Virus record (IMG/VR): IMGVR_UViG_3300046616_000314
Coordinates: 124,001-188,000 of that record
DNA length: 64,000 bases
Strand: one strand, 5' to 3'
Shown: positions 45,433 to 54,790 of the stretch, one piece after another
How the letters are laid out: the number at the start of each line of letters is the position of its first letter
Position numbering within the stretch: position 1 is the stretch's first letter
The notes under the pieces: generated by a model
Told to the model about the DNA's origin: nothing
Seen by the model: only the letters and a program-made list of their open reading frames with translations
Database searches by the model: none
Program-made: the position numbers and the translations under genes

Positions 45433-47507
45433 GCAAGCTTTTCGTTGAAAAAGTAATGTTGAACCTTCTCACCACTTGGAGAGAAACGTTCTACTACGAA
45501 AATCTGGTGCGTCGGGCTATGCACCACGGCGCGGGTCTCTTTGACCTGGGTGGTGTGTCATCGGATTGGCGTGAATTCCTGACCAACAAGCGCAACGCTC
45601 ACGTCGCGATCTTGGAAGCGCGAGGCGATAGCCGCGCGTCGAGCTACGACTATCTGGTTCCGATCACTGAATACCTCGACAAGTCGGACATGCAAACCGT
45701 GTACGACATGATCACGGGTAGCAAGCCGGAACTGAAGGAAGACTTCGTTCTGGACGCCAATATTGAACTGTTGGGCGGTCTGCTTGAACTGACTCCGATG
45801 GAACGTCTGGTTCTGCAAATGTCGGCGGAAATGCAGGAATTGGAATATCCAATGTCCGATATGTTCCAACGTCTGAATCACGATGACAAGATGCTGGACC
45901 CGGCTCTTGCCTATTCGGTCCTCTTTGGTAAGGCGGAATCGGAATTCAAGAACATCAGCAAGAGCTTCCTGCTGAACAGCGGCATTCTTCAGACGAACAT
46001 CGACTACAAGTATCTTCATCAAATCAATGAAGAACTGGTAGATTCGTTCACGGATAAGAAACTGACTCTGGATACTCTGGACGCAGTTTTGTTCCCGAGC
46101 GACATGAGCGCGAATCTGGACCTGACTTGCTACTCGCACCTGTCCAAGGAAATCGAGCGCACCGAACGTGTCATCCAAGTTTCGTTGGACGAAAAGAAAA
46201 TCGGTACCAATGTCATGTTCTGGGGTATCCCCGGTACTGGCAAGACCCAACTGGCTCTGACCCTGGCGAAGACCCACGGCTGGGACTTGAAGGTCATCGG
46301 TGACATTTCGAAGAATGATGCGACCGAAAAGAGCCGTGCGCAACGCATCGCTAGCTTGAAGATCGCGATGAAGCTGTATGCGGGCAAACCCAATACGGTT
46401 CTGTTGTTCGATGAAATGGAAGACCTGTTCAAGCACGACACGAACGCCGTGTTCTCGAAAGCCTTCATCAACCGCATCGTGGAATCCACTCCGGTTCCGA
46501 TCATCTGGACGACCAACGATCTGATCTCGCTGGGTAGCGCGGTGCTTCGCCGTATGACCTACAACATCGCGTTTGAAATCCCCACGCTTTCGGCTCGCCG
46601 CAAGATTTGGGAAAAGCATAGCGCGGACTACAAGGTTGATATCGACGCCGATACGATTTCGTCTCTGGCGACGAACTACAACATCGTTCCGGCTCTGATC
46701 GAAAACGCGGTCAAAATTTCTTCGTCGGCTGGTCTGGCTCACGCCGAATTGCCTGATATCGTCACGTCGCTGGATCGACTGATGAATTATGGTGAGAAGC
46801 GTAAGTTCCATATCACCACTAAGAAAGACACTCCGTATAGCCCGAAATGGGCTAACACTGATCTCGATTTGGACGATCTGACTTCACGTCTGACCAAAGC
46901 CAAACCGAATTTCAGCCTGTGTCTCTATGGTGCGCCCGGTACGGGTAAGAGCGAATATGGTCGTTATCTGACGGATAAGATCGGTAAGCCGCTGCTGTAC
47001 AAGCGTGCCTCTGATCTGATCAGCATGTGGGTTGGTGAAACTGAGAAGAACATCGCGCGTTGTTTCGAGGAAGCCAAAGAAGAACAAATGGTTCTGCTGA
47101 TTGACGAAGGTGATACTTTCCTGCGCTCTCGCGAAAACGCGAAAAATAGCTGGGAAGTCACTCAAGTCAATGAAATGCTGTCGCAAATGGAATCCCATTC
47201 GCAACCGTTCATTCTGACCACGAACTTGATGAAGGAACTGGACCCGGCGGCTATGCGTCGCTTCACCTTCAAGATGAAGTTCAACTTCCTGCGTTCTGAC
47301 CAAGCTGTCGAACTGTTCCAAGCGTATTTCGGAGTGGAAGCCCCCAAGGCAATCCTCACGAATGAAATCTTGGCTCCGGGTGACTTCGCCAACATCAAGC
47401 GTAAGACGGATATCCTGGGCATCACCGATGCCGAAGAAATCTACAAGATGATTCTTGAAGAATGCGCTCTGAAGCCGGATTCCCCGCCGCGCAAGCTGGG
47501 CTTCTAA
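45429..47507 (+). CDS. AAA+ ATPase with two ATPase domains
   Basis: GIPGTGKT/LLFDEME and GAPGTGKS/LLIDEGD; LDPAAMRRF; C-terminal LGF. Confidence 0.9.
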   Translation: MSKLFVEKVMLNLLTTWRETFYYENLVRRAMHHGAGLFDLGGVSSDWREFLTNKRNAHVAILEARGDSRASSYDYLVPITEYLDKSDMQTVYDMITGSKPELKEDFVLDANIELLGGLLELTPMERLVLQMSAEMQELEYPMSDMFQRLNHDDKMLDPALAYSVLFGKAESEFKNISKSFLLNSGILQTNIDYKYLHQINEELVDSFTDKKLTLDTLDAVLFPSDMSANLDLTCYSHLSKEIERTERVIQVSLDEKKIGTNVMFWGIPGTGKTQLALTLAKTHGWDLKVIGDISKNDATEKSRAQRIASLKIAMKLYAGKPNTVLLFDEMEDLFKHDTNAVFSKAFINRIVESTPVPIIWTTNDLISLGSAVLRRMTYNIAFEIPTLSARRKIWEKHSADYKVDIDADTISSLATNYNIVPALIENAVKISSSAGLAHAELPDIVTSLDRLMNYGEKRKFHITTKKDTPYSPKWANTDLDLDDLTSRLTKAKPNFSLCLYGAPGTGKSEYGRYLTDKIGKPLLYKRASDLISMWVGETEKNIARCFEEAKEEQMVLLIDEGDTFLRSRENAKNSWEVTQVNEMLSQMESHSQPFILTTNLMKELDPAAMRRFTFKMKFNFLRSDQAVELFQAYFGVEAPKAILTNEILAPGDFANIKRKTDILGITDAEEIYKMILEECALKPDSPPRKLGF

Positions 47508-47513
47508 TTAATG

Positions 47514-47550
47514 ACATGACCCCGTTTCGAAAGATTCGGGGTCGTGTTTT
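47514..47550 (+). terminator. intrinsic terminator
   Basis: ACATGACCCCG...CGGGGTCGTGT-TTT. Confidence 0.7.
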
Positions 47551-47575
47551 GTAAAAAATTTGGTAAGATGGCAAT

Positions 47576-47893
47576 ATGTTGAGCACCACACTTATCACCA
47601 TCGCGGTCATCATTGTCATGATCAGCACGGCTGTTTCCATTTTTGCCTTTTTGGTATGGAATGGTGCAATCACTGATCGTGATGACGCAGGGATAATGAT
47701 TTTTGCAAGCTGCGCGGGTGGAGTTTTCTTCTTCCTGTCGATCCCTGCTATTTTTATCATTTTGATTTTCAGAGGCTTGTTCAAGCTTTTTGAAGGTTTC
47801 TTCACTGACGTTATTTGGTATAGCCAGCAACGTAAGAAAGAAATCACACAAGCAGAAGAAGCACACAAAGCTAAACTTAAGCAAAGAAAATAA
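47576..47893 (+). CDS. membrane protein
   Basis: Two transmembrane segments. Confidence 0.6.
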   Translation: MLSTTLITIAVIIVMISTAVSIFAFLVWNGAITDRDDAGIMIFASCAGGVFFFLSIPAIFIILIFRGLFKLFEGFFTDVIWYSQQRKKEITQAEEAHKAKLKQRK

Positions 47894-47894
47894 T

Positions 47895-48938
47895 ATGCTG
47901 ATCGAATCTAAGAAGTATTACGACTACGACGACGTTTTGATTCTACCGAAGAAGACTTTTCTCAAGTCACGTAATGACGTTTCTTTGACGGTACTCTATA
48001 AGACCAAGCATTCGCAACGTTCTTTAGTAGGCGTGCCGATCTTTGCGGCAAACATGGACACCACAGGTACGTTTGAAATGGCGAGAGCCCTTCAAGCGGA
48101 ATCCATGTTCACCTGTCTGCATAAGTTTTACACGGCTGAAGAGATCATCGCCCAATTCGATAGCGGATTGTCTTATAATTTTGCGTTCGTAAGCATCGGC
48201 AAGTCGGCTGCGGACATCGAAAAATTTTCAAAGATTCACGACAAATATCCTAACGCGCATCTGTGTATCGATGTTGCCAACGGCTATACCGACGACTTCC
48301 TTACCTTTGTGAAGGAAGTCCGCGCAACGTTCCCGAAGACCGTCATCATGGCGGGCAACGTTGCTACGGATGACATCATTGCCGAATACGACGCAGCGGG
48401 TGTCGATATCGTCAAGATCGGCATCGGTCCTGGGAACTTCTGTCGTACTCGCACGACGGCTGGTGTTGGTGTTCCCCAACTGTCAGCGGTTATGGACACG
48501 TCGGCTGCTGCTGATGGCTATGGCATCTTGATTTGCGCCGATGGCGGGCTGAATGAATATTGCGATTTCGCGAAGGCATTTGCTGGCGGCGCCAACTTTG
48601 TCATGGCTGGTTCGATGTTCGCTGCCCATGAAGAATCGGGTGGTGACAAAATTACCGAGAACGGCGAGACGTTCAAGATCACCTACGGAATGTCGTCTGA
48701 GACTGCCATGAACAAATATTATGGCAAGGTGGATGGCTATCGCGCATCCGAAGGTCGAACCGTAAAGGTCCCGTATAAGGGTCCGGTGGCGGACACTGTT
48801 CGAAATATCCTGGGTAGCTTGCGTAGCACGCTGACTTATACTAATATCGCCAAGCTGGATAATTTGTACATGGCGAAGATGATTGTGGTCAACAATACCA
48901 TTAATCGCAGCCACGTACGGAACACGATTGGGAACTGA
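47895..48938 (+). CDS. guaC: GMP reductase
   Basis: DYDDVLILPK..SR, AANMDTTGTFEMA, CIDVANGY, KIGIGPG..C.TR, ADGG, YRASEGRTV; no CBS domains. Confidence 0.9.
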   Translation: MLIESKKYYDYDDVLILPKKTFLKSRNDVSLTVLYKTKHSQRSLVGVPIFAANMDTTGTFEMARALQAESMFTCLHKFYTAEEIIAQFDSGLSYNFAFVSIGKSAADIEKFSKIHDKYPNAHLCIDVANGYTDDFLTFVKEVRATFPKTVIMAGNVATDDIIAEYDAAGVDIVKIGIGPGNFCRTRTTAGVGVPQLSAVMDTSAAADGYGILICADGGLNEYCDFAKAFAGGANFVMAGSMFAAHEESGGDKITENGETFKITYGMSSETAMNKYYGKVDGYRASEGRTVKVPYKGPVADTVRNILGSLRSTLTYTNIAKLDNLYMAKMIVVNNTINRSHVRNTIGN

Positions 48939-48939
48939 T

Positions 48940-49212
48940 ATGGACGGCTTTGGCGGATTGATTCTTCTGTATATTACGGTAGCGATTATTTCCGCCATTG
49001 CTTACCTGTTGGTTAACATAAAATCAGGTACATACTTCAGCCAATCCGATCTGAATTCAGGTTACGGTTCGGCTGTTTTCTTTGGTTCCATCTGGTTCAT
49101 CACTGTTCCCGGCTATTTCTTTCTCTTGATCACGAGCTATTTGATTGACCTGTTCAAATGGTGTAATGGGAAATTCCTTGAAGAATCTCGTCGGGTACGG
49201 AGAAATACGTGA
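48940..49212 (+). CDS. membrane protein
   Basis: Two hydrophobic segments. Confidence 0.55.
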   Translation: MDGFGGLILLYITVAIISAIAYLLVNIKSGTYFSQSDLNSGYGSAVFFGSIWFITVPGYFFLLITSYLIDLFKWCNGKFLEESRRVRRNT

Positions 49213-49451
49213 GCGATGAGCCCGAAATTGAGAAGATGCTTGCCCTTCTCAAATTTGATCGGCAAAAATTAGCCGATTGGTTAGCCGAATACTTTGATAT
49301 CGGTGACAGCTATTTCTATGCGCTCACACGCTGCAAATCTGCGTTTGGGTATGGAACGGTCAGCATAGATGATTTCGTAGAAATCGATGACAACCAGATG
49401 TTTGATATCGCTGATTTCTTGATCATGAAATTTTCTAGTCAAACATCGTAG
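49209..49451 (+). CDS. hypothetical protein
   Basis: GGAG RBS, GTG start. Confidence 0.6.
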   Translation: MSDEPEIEKMLALLKFDRQKLADWLAEYFDIGDSYFYALTRCKSAFGYGTVSIDDFVEIDDNQMFDIADFLIMKFSSQTS

Positions 49452-49472
49452 ATCATGATAACGTCCTAGGAA

Positions 49473-49763
49473 TTGCTTCCTGGGACGTTTTTCGTGGACG
49501 ATTACACAAAGACCAGTGATTACCTTAAGGCGCGAGGCGAGCGTTCGCTTCATGCTGCGCTGTTCAATGTAATCATTTTTATCCTCGCATGTGTGTTCTT
49601 TTGTTTCTCCTACCATAGAATACAGTTTCCTCTTCTGAACCACATTGATGCAATTGTGCTTTGGATGATTTCTATGTATTTGTATTTTATGAGTATTGGA
49701 AACATCATCGTCTTGCAACGAATGTATGCATATAACGTATCGTTGTTCGATGAACAGCGGTAA
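49473..49763 (+). CDS. membrane protein
   Basis: Hydrophobic segments. Confidence 0.45.
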   Translation: MLPGTFFVDDYTKTSDYLKARGERSLHAALFNVIIFILACVFFCFSYHRIQFPLLNHIDAIVLWMISMYLYFMSIGNIIVLQRMYAYNVSLFDEQR

Positions 49764-50013
49764 AGAACTTGATCGCTTCTTTATAGAAAGCGGCGCAAGT
49801 TTTATACACAACAAAATTTCAACCTGTATTGCAGCATGGTTCGTTCCGATCCCTCTTTGGATTGCGGCGATTGCCCTGAATAACCTATACCTATATTTTG
49901 GAAGCACGATATTTTCGGTTGCAATTTGGTGGTGGTCGATATATAATTTGATCCAAATTAATAACGATTACGTGGATAAATTAGATGTCATCTATCGCGC
50001 AAAGCAAAGATGA
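49750..50013 (+). CDS. membrane protein
   Basis: Hydrophobic segments; start MNSGKEL. Confidence 0.45.
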   Translation: MNSGKELDRFFIESGASFIHNKISTCIAAWFVPIPLWIAAIALNNLYLYFGSTIFSVAIWWWSIYNLIQINNDYVDKLDVIYRAKQR

Positions 50014-50788
50014 TCTCGGCGACCGGATGAAGGGTTACGAGAATCATGAGACAGGGCGTCGGTTTATTCCGATGTTGCCGGTCTATGGGCGTTTCGATGG
50101 CATTGGCTTCTCGAAATTCACCAAAGGGATGGCTCGCCCATTCGACCAACGCATGACGGATACCATGGTTGAAGTGACCAAGTATCTCGTCAAGGAAACC
50201 CATGCTCGTATCGGCTATGTTCAGTCCGATGAGATCAGCCTGTTTTGGCACGCGGAAGACCATCTTTCGAGCTTGCGCCACGACGGCAAGGTCATGAAGT
50301 CGGCAACTACGGTTGCTGCCAAGGCTTCAGCGAAGATGGGTCAACTGATTCGTGGTTGGGAACCCTTTGAAGATCGCCTGCCCGCCTTTGACGGGCGCGT
50401 GCTTCAGCTACCCAATCGGGGCGAAGTCGCCAATATGTTTTTGTGGCGGAATATCGATGCGACCAAAAATGCGGTGAGCATGGCGGCGCGGCATTACTAT
50501 TCCACCAAGGAACTGTTCAAGAAGAACCAGGGTGAAATGATTACGATGCTAGCGGAAAAAGGCGTCACGTTTGACGACTATCCGAAGGCATTTCGTCAAG
50601 GTACCTGGGTTCGGCGTGTGACGGAGCAACGAACGTTGACCGATGATGAGCTAGCCAAAATTCCGGCTAAGCATCGTCCCAATGCTTCGGAACTGGTCAC
50701 GCGCTCTGAAGTCAAGATTTTGGATGTCCCTCCGTTCAGAGACATTTTCAATCGGGCAGGGTTCCTTTACGGCGAGGATGCGTACTAG
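49985..50788 (+). CDS. tRNA(His) guanylyltransferase Thg1-like protein (3'-5' polymerase)
   Basis: LGDRMKGYE, RFDG.GFSKFT, GYVQSDEISL, FDGRV, WR..DA..N. Confidence 0.92.
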   Translation: MSSIAQSKDDLGDRMKGYENHETGRRFIPMLPVYGRFDGIGFSKFTKGMARPFDQRMTDTMVEVTKYLVKETHARIGYVQSDEISLFWHAEDHLSSLRHDGKVMKSATTVAAKASAKMGQLIRGWEPFEDRLPAFDGRVLQLPNRGEVANMFLWRNIDATKNAVSMAARHYYSTKELFKKNQGEMITMLAEKGVTFDDYPKAFRQGTWVRRVTEQRTLTDDELAKIPAKHRPNASELVTRSEVKILDVPPFRDIFNRAGFLYGEDAY

Positions 50789-51018
50789 TGCCGAAAACGT
50801 TGACTAACGATTTCAACTCTACCGGAGGCTTTGTGCTTTATTTGCGGTCTCTTATGCAGAGCGGCGAGACTGGGCAGGAATGTCGGGATCGCCAAGAAGC
50901 ATATATAGATAAGCATTGCACTGGGCGATGGGGAGCAAATCAAATTGGATCAGCAATGGTACTAGCGTTTGAAGACCCGGAAGACTTGGTTTTGATGCGG
51001 TTGAAATACTCGCTATGA
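50788..51018 (+). CDS. FxxEEDA-FKLKW family small protein
   Basis: HCTGRW...AFEDPEDLVLMRLKY. Confidence 0.68.
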   Translation: MPKTLTNDFNSTGGFVLYLRSLMQSGETGQECRDRQEAYIDKHCTGRWGANQIGSAMVLAFEDPEDLVLMRLKYSL

Positions 51019-51072
51019 GATAAAGAATTTTCTCGTAGCGGTTATTTTTCCCTTGATTATAGGAGAAAGAAA

Positions 51073-51270
51073 ATGCTACTAGAAAGTTCACTAATTGGTC
51101 TGCCTCTGAAGGATGCAGAAATTCGCGGCAAGAAACTGGGAATTCGTTCTATTCGTGTGTTGGAAGAAGATGGCGAACGCTATCGCTTCGCAGCCGAAGC
51201 CGAACGTCAAGATCGGATTAATGTCGGTGTGATCGAAGGTCATATCGTACGCCTGTATGGACGTGGATAA
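51073..51270 (+). CDS. peptidase inhibitor I78/I13-like small protein
   Basis: LIGL...A...RV...DG...DRINV.V..G.IV...G pattern; AGGAG RBS. Confidence 0.55.
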   Translation: MLLESSLIGLPLKDAEIRGKKLGIRSIRVLEEDGERYRFAAEAERQDRINVGVIEGHIVRLYGRG

Positions 51271-51861
51271 ATGAAAGTTTCGCTTCGCAAAGCTGCCGCT
51301 CTGTCGCAACTCCTGTTCGACGCCAGCAAGAAATTTCCGCTGACGAAAACCATTTCGTTTTCGATCTATGCGGACGTTTCCGTTGGTAAGGAAATGATTG
51401 AGGCGCGCGAAGCTTTCGAGGCGAACCTTACGGCGGCTGGTGATCTAGTCGCTGGTGCCTACGTCATTCGTGCTCTGCTGGGCGACGCGAACAACAAGTT
51501 TGGCGTTGACGCTCGCCTTGCGGAACAAGCCGGTCTGAGTGCCCGCGAAAAGCTGCTGACGGCGGCTATCGCGGGCAATGATGCCTATGGTGCCGTGGCG
51601 TACAAGGAACCGAATACGGTCGGAGCCCAACTGTCGGCTATGATCGAGCGTTCCAAGTCGTCTGAACGTATCCGTTCGGATGACAGCCTGACCGTGAACG
51701 TGTTGGACGCTGGTTTCATCACGGAAATTCAAAATCAACTCGCGGACATTCGTCGCCGTAAGGTGGCGATCTCCGACGATCTGCTGGGTATCAATACCGG
51801 GCAGACTGTCGAGTTGCCGGAATCGGTCGTCAAGCTGCTGCAAAGCATCAAGGCGATCTAA
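51271..51861 (+). CDS. helical hypothetical protein (possibly remote DIP1984-like)
   Basis: MKVSLRKAAAL... and C-terminal D.LL.IN...VEL. Confidence 0.7.
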   Translation: MKVSLRKAAALSQLLFDASKKFPLTKTISFSIYADVSVGKEMIEAREAFEANLTAAGDLVAGAYVIRALLGDANNKFGVDARLAEQAGLSAREKLLTAAIAGNDAYGAVAYKEPNTVGAQLSAMIERSKSSERIRSDDSLTVNVLDAGFITEIQNQLADIRRRKVAISDDLLGINTGQTVELPESVVKLLQSIKAI

Positions 51862-51865
51862 GAGC

Positions 51866-52128
51866 TTGTGGAACGTCGGTCCTCGGATCGATGACCACGA
51901 GGGGTGAAGATGGAGTTGAGCTAGGTACACAAACAAAGTCATGGTTTCCTTCCAGGGAAACTCGCACCCGAAAGGGACGAAACCTTGCTAATCCGGTATT
52001 TTAGCTTTCGAGCCGCCTCTTTAGGGGTGTTTGTTTTTTGCTCGGATTTGTTGGTTTCTTTGTGCGTTGCTACTTGTTCGTTGCAACTTGTTCGTTGCTC
52101 GTACCCTTGATCGCTCCGTCTTCACTCT
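51866..52128 (+). ncRNA. putative structured non-coding RNA or 3'UTR element
   Basis: 15-bp closing stem 51901-51915/52114-52128, several internal hairpins, U-rich repeated tract. Confidence 0.6.
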
Positions 52129-52250
52129 ACCAATTCAAAAAAGGAACTGACTGTTATGATTGCCTAATTCGTCAAGAGATCGCTTCGCCCATCATAGTCA
52201 CGCGCTTGCGCGGGATGATGGCTGTCTATGACTAATTATAGGAAATCAAA

Positions 52251-52502
52251 ATGTCAGAAATTAAAAAGCCCAAGGGCTATCGTACACTGAATATCGGTCT
52301 GGAAACTTGGTACTGGACCAGAGGAAAAAAGAGCACGGTGATCATAAGCCCTCTCGGAAAGCGTTCTCACGTAAGTAACGACGTGATTGCCGATATCTTA
52401 GAAACGACTTGTGAGTGCTGCGGTGAGTCCGATGGGGGCGAAATCCCAGTGGTCTTGCCGAGTGGCGTTCGAAAATATATCGACGCTAATTTGAGAACTT
52501 GA
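52251..52502 (+). CDS. hypothetical protein
   Basis: AGGA RBS; CECC motif. Confidence 0.6.
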   Translation: MSEIKKPKGYRTLNIGLETWYWTRGKKSTVIISPLGKRSHVSNDVIADILETTCECCGESDGGEIPVVLPSGVRKYIDANLRT

Positions 52503-52553
52503 TAAATTTGCGCCAGCCTGAGAAATTGGGCTGGCGCAATAGCATGGTGGAAT

Positions 52554-52715
52554 ATGGGCTTCGAAGTCTGGGTAAAACTGACGAACTACGAACGTCAAGT
52601 CTATTGGGCTTTCGGCTTGCCGGAAGCTAAGAGCTATGCCTTAATGTGCAGAGAAATGCACGGGACGACCTTCACTGTTGAAGTGCGTGCCAACGGAACT
52701 ATTTTAGATGCCTAA
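52554..52715 (+). CDS. small hypothetical protein (53 aa, not in ORF track)
   Basis: MGFEVWVKLTNYERQ...TILDA after hairpin 52508-52539. Confidence 0.45.
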   Translation: MGFEVWVKLTNYERQVYWAFGLPEAKSYALMCREMHGTTFTVEVRANGTILDA

Positions 52716-53058
52716 GAAAGATATCCCGCGCATCGAGATAAATGATTATCTTGAACGCCTGACCGGTCAAAGTCTTGAAGGTTCGATTGATTTCGCCATC
52801 AAGACCTTTGTGGACATTAAACACAAGTATCCCGATCACAAGCTGCATGTCACCCATGAAGGTGATAGCTGGGGATCGGAATTTGAAATCAGCGGGACTC
52901 GTCCCGAAACTGATGAAGAATATGAGAAGCGCAAGGCTCTCCTAGAGCGGCGTGATGCCAAAGAACGTGAGCGCAAGAAAAACGCTTCCAAGGCGAAGAA
53001 AGAACGCGATCTCAAAGAATTGGCTCGTTTGAAAGCTCTTTACGAGAAAGACAAATGA
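52708..53058 (+). CDS. hypothetical phage protein
   Basis: RPETDEEYEKR...LARLKALYE pattern. Confidence 0.65.
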   Translation: MPKKDIPRIEINDYLERLTGQSLEGSIDFAIKTFVDIKHKYPDHKLHVTHEGDSWGSEFEISGTRPETDEEYEKRKALLERRDAKERERKKNASKAKKERDLKELARLKALYEKDK

Positions 53059-53351
53059 GTGAGCGTTTCCCATATGATCTAACTCTCCATAAAACCGCTG
53101 ATCTTACGAATGCTTGGCAGGTTCGGATTGTTATAAAGTATGGTACTACGCCGCCCCCGGCAAATTCCAGTATTTGGAAATTCGGGATGAATGATTTCTC
53201 GCTAGCCGAAGAGAACCCGTTCCCCTTTGGAAGAATGCAAGCTTGGATCGAAGACAACATAGACAGCTATGTCTATATTAATCCACATGGTTGTTTATTT
53301 GCATTCGATACAGAAGAAGAAGCTTGCTACTTTATGCTGTACTGGAAATGA
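53055..53351 (+). CDS. FxxEEDA-FKLKW family small protein
   Basis: AFDTEEEACYFMLYWK. Confidence 0.72.
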   Translation: MSERFPYDLTLHKTADLTNAWQVRIVIKYGTTPPPANSSIWKFGMNDFSLAEENPFPFGRMQAWIEDNIDSYVYINPHGCLFAFDTEEEACYFMLYWK

Positions 53352-53650
53352 GTTTCAAATTCAAAATTTTTCACGACGACACCGGGTCCGAAAAATTCCC
53401 ATGGGCGGTGGTTGCTGAATTTATAAATGCCTCTCCGTTTGATATCGCAAAAAATTATGCGGGGAGAGTGAATTTGCCATATTTGCCATCTTTGGCGTCT
53501 GAATCGATTAGTAGTTTTGCGCGACTTGAAACATGGCTAAGCGATAATATTGATATCTTCGAAGTATGCCCCGACTCGACCCGCTGGGAAAAAGAGTATT
53601 GGTTTGCGACTGAAGAAGACGCCTATCATTTCATGTTGTATTGGAAATGA
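53348..53650 (+). CDS. FxxEEDA-FKLKW family small protein
   Basis: WFATEEDAYHFMLYWK. Confidence 0.72.
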   Translation: MSFKFKIFHDDTGSEKFPWAVVAEFINASPFDIAKNYAGRVNLPYLPSLASESISSFARLETWLSDNIDIFEVCPDSTRWEKEYWFATEEDAYHFMLYWK

Positions 53651-53925
53651 GCGTAGAATATTTTATAGAATTTCACACCCGAGAGCCGGAACTACAATAT
53701 CCGTGGATGATTTTAGTTCGGACCACGGGAACCCGGCTTACCTCTATGTGGTACGACCGGGATTCTTGGTATCCCTATGAAGAAATGACTAAATGGCTCC
53801 AACTTGAATTAATAAATGAGCGAATGGAAAAGCTCAATTACGAATCCAAGGGAGACAAATACAAGAAGGCTTACTTCTTCACGACAGAAGAAGATGCTAT
53901 GAAGTTTTTACTTCGGTGGAAGTGA
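53647..53925 (+). CDS. FxxEEDA-FKLKW family small protein
   Basis: FFTTEEDAMKFLLRWK. Confidence 0.72.
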   Translation: MSVEYFIEFHTREPELQYPWMILVRTTGTRLTSMWYDRDSWYPYEEMTKWLQLELINERMEKLNYESKGDKYKKAYFFTTEEDAMKFLLRWK

Positions 53926-54763
53926 CCTGGGCGGCTCTCATAGCTTCTAGTTTTTCGTTCAGATTGAACCGCAACAATTGATCCCATTCGGGAACGCGGT
54001 CGTATTGGTGGACGACGGGATACAGCTTGCCCCCGGCGGTCTTCACGCCTTCTTCGTCCAGAACCGGTTCAGGCTCTAGCAGGAACGGTCTAAAGCCGTC
54101 TACCTTCTTGGGATCGGCGAAAGTCCCCGCTTGGCAAGCAAACCCATCTTCAGACAATCCAATTTGGGCTACATCCTTATAGGGATGCGAGTCGAGAAGC
54201 AGATTGTATCCGCTTTGGTCAGCGACAGGGAAGCCAGTTGACTTGGCGATCTGGGAAACGGCTAAGCAAAGGTCAGAGATATACGGCGCCTCACCAGCTA
54301 GGACGCCGACGTTGTATACGCACTTGTCCATGATGTTGTTCGCAATGGCTGGGAAGCCTTGATTCAAGTTATCCCGGTTCCATGCTTCATCCTTGAACTT
54401 GATGCCTTCTCCGACCGCGTAGAACTTACCGGTCAGGTTGGCGGCGAGCCAATCCATAGGATTTGATTGGAAATAAACGTCGCGAGCATCGGTCACGACA
54501 CAGTAGCGCAACTTGTCGGCTACTGGCTTCATAACTTCATAAAAATCATGGAAGCGTTGATTATAGATCGACCCGCGCAAGGGCATTTCGATCACTTGGA
54601 AACCGAGTTGCTTGAAATTCGCGATCACGTCGGCATTATTATCGTATACGATGACAGCCTTGAGACCGGTGTAACCTGAAGAAATTAGGCTAAGAGCCCA
54701 CAGGTTGACTTGTTCCCACTTGTATCCGCCTATCGCCCCTAGAACGAGGTCTTGTTTAGACAT
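53897..54763 (-). CDS. putative glycosyltransferase (GT-A)
   Basis: VVTDARDVYFQSNP, N.GV.AG, DQ..YN, VVHQYDR. Confidence 0.72.
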   Translation of the reverse strand: MSKQDLVLGAIGGYKWEQVNLWALSLISSGYTGLKAVIVYDNNADVIANFKQLGFQVIEMPLRGSIYNQRFHDFYEVMKPVADKLRYCVVTDARDVYFQSNPMDWLAANLTGKFYAVGEGIKFKDEAWNRDNLNQGFPAIANNIMDKCVYNVGVLAGEAPYISDLCLAVSQIAKSTGFPVADQSGYNLLLDSHPYKDVAQIGLSEDGFACQAGTFADPKKVDGFRPFLLEPEPVLDEEGVKTAGGKLYPVVHQYDRVPEWDQLLRFNLNEKLEAMRAAQVTSTEVKTS

Positions 54764-54790
54764 TTAGCTCACATATAAAAGTTACTATGT

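Noticed and set aside
45558-46811. 417-aa minus-strand ORF
   Set aside because: Antisense shadow of the AAA+ ATPase gene.
52038-52235. 65-aa ORF with TTG start
   Set aside because: Overlaps the structured U-rich element, has no RBS, and its hydrophobicity reflects the base composition.
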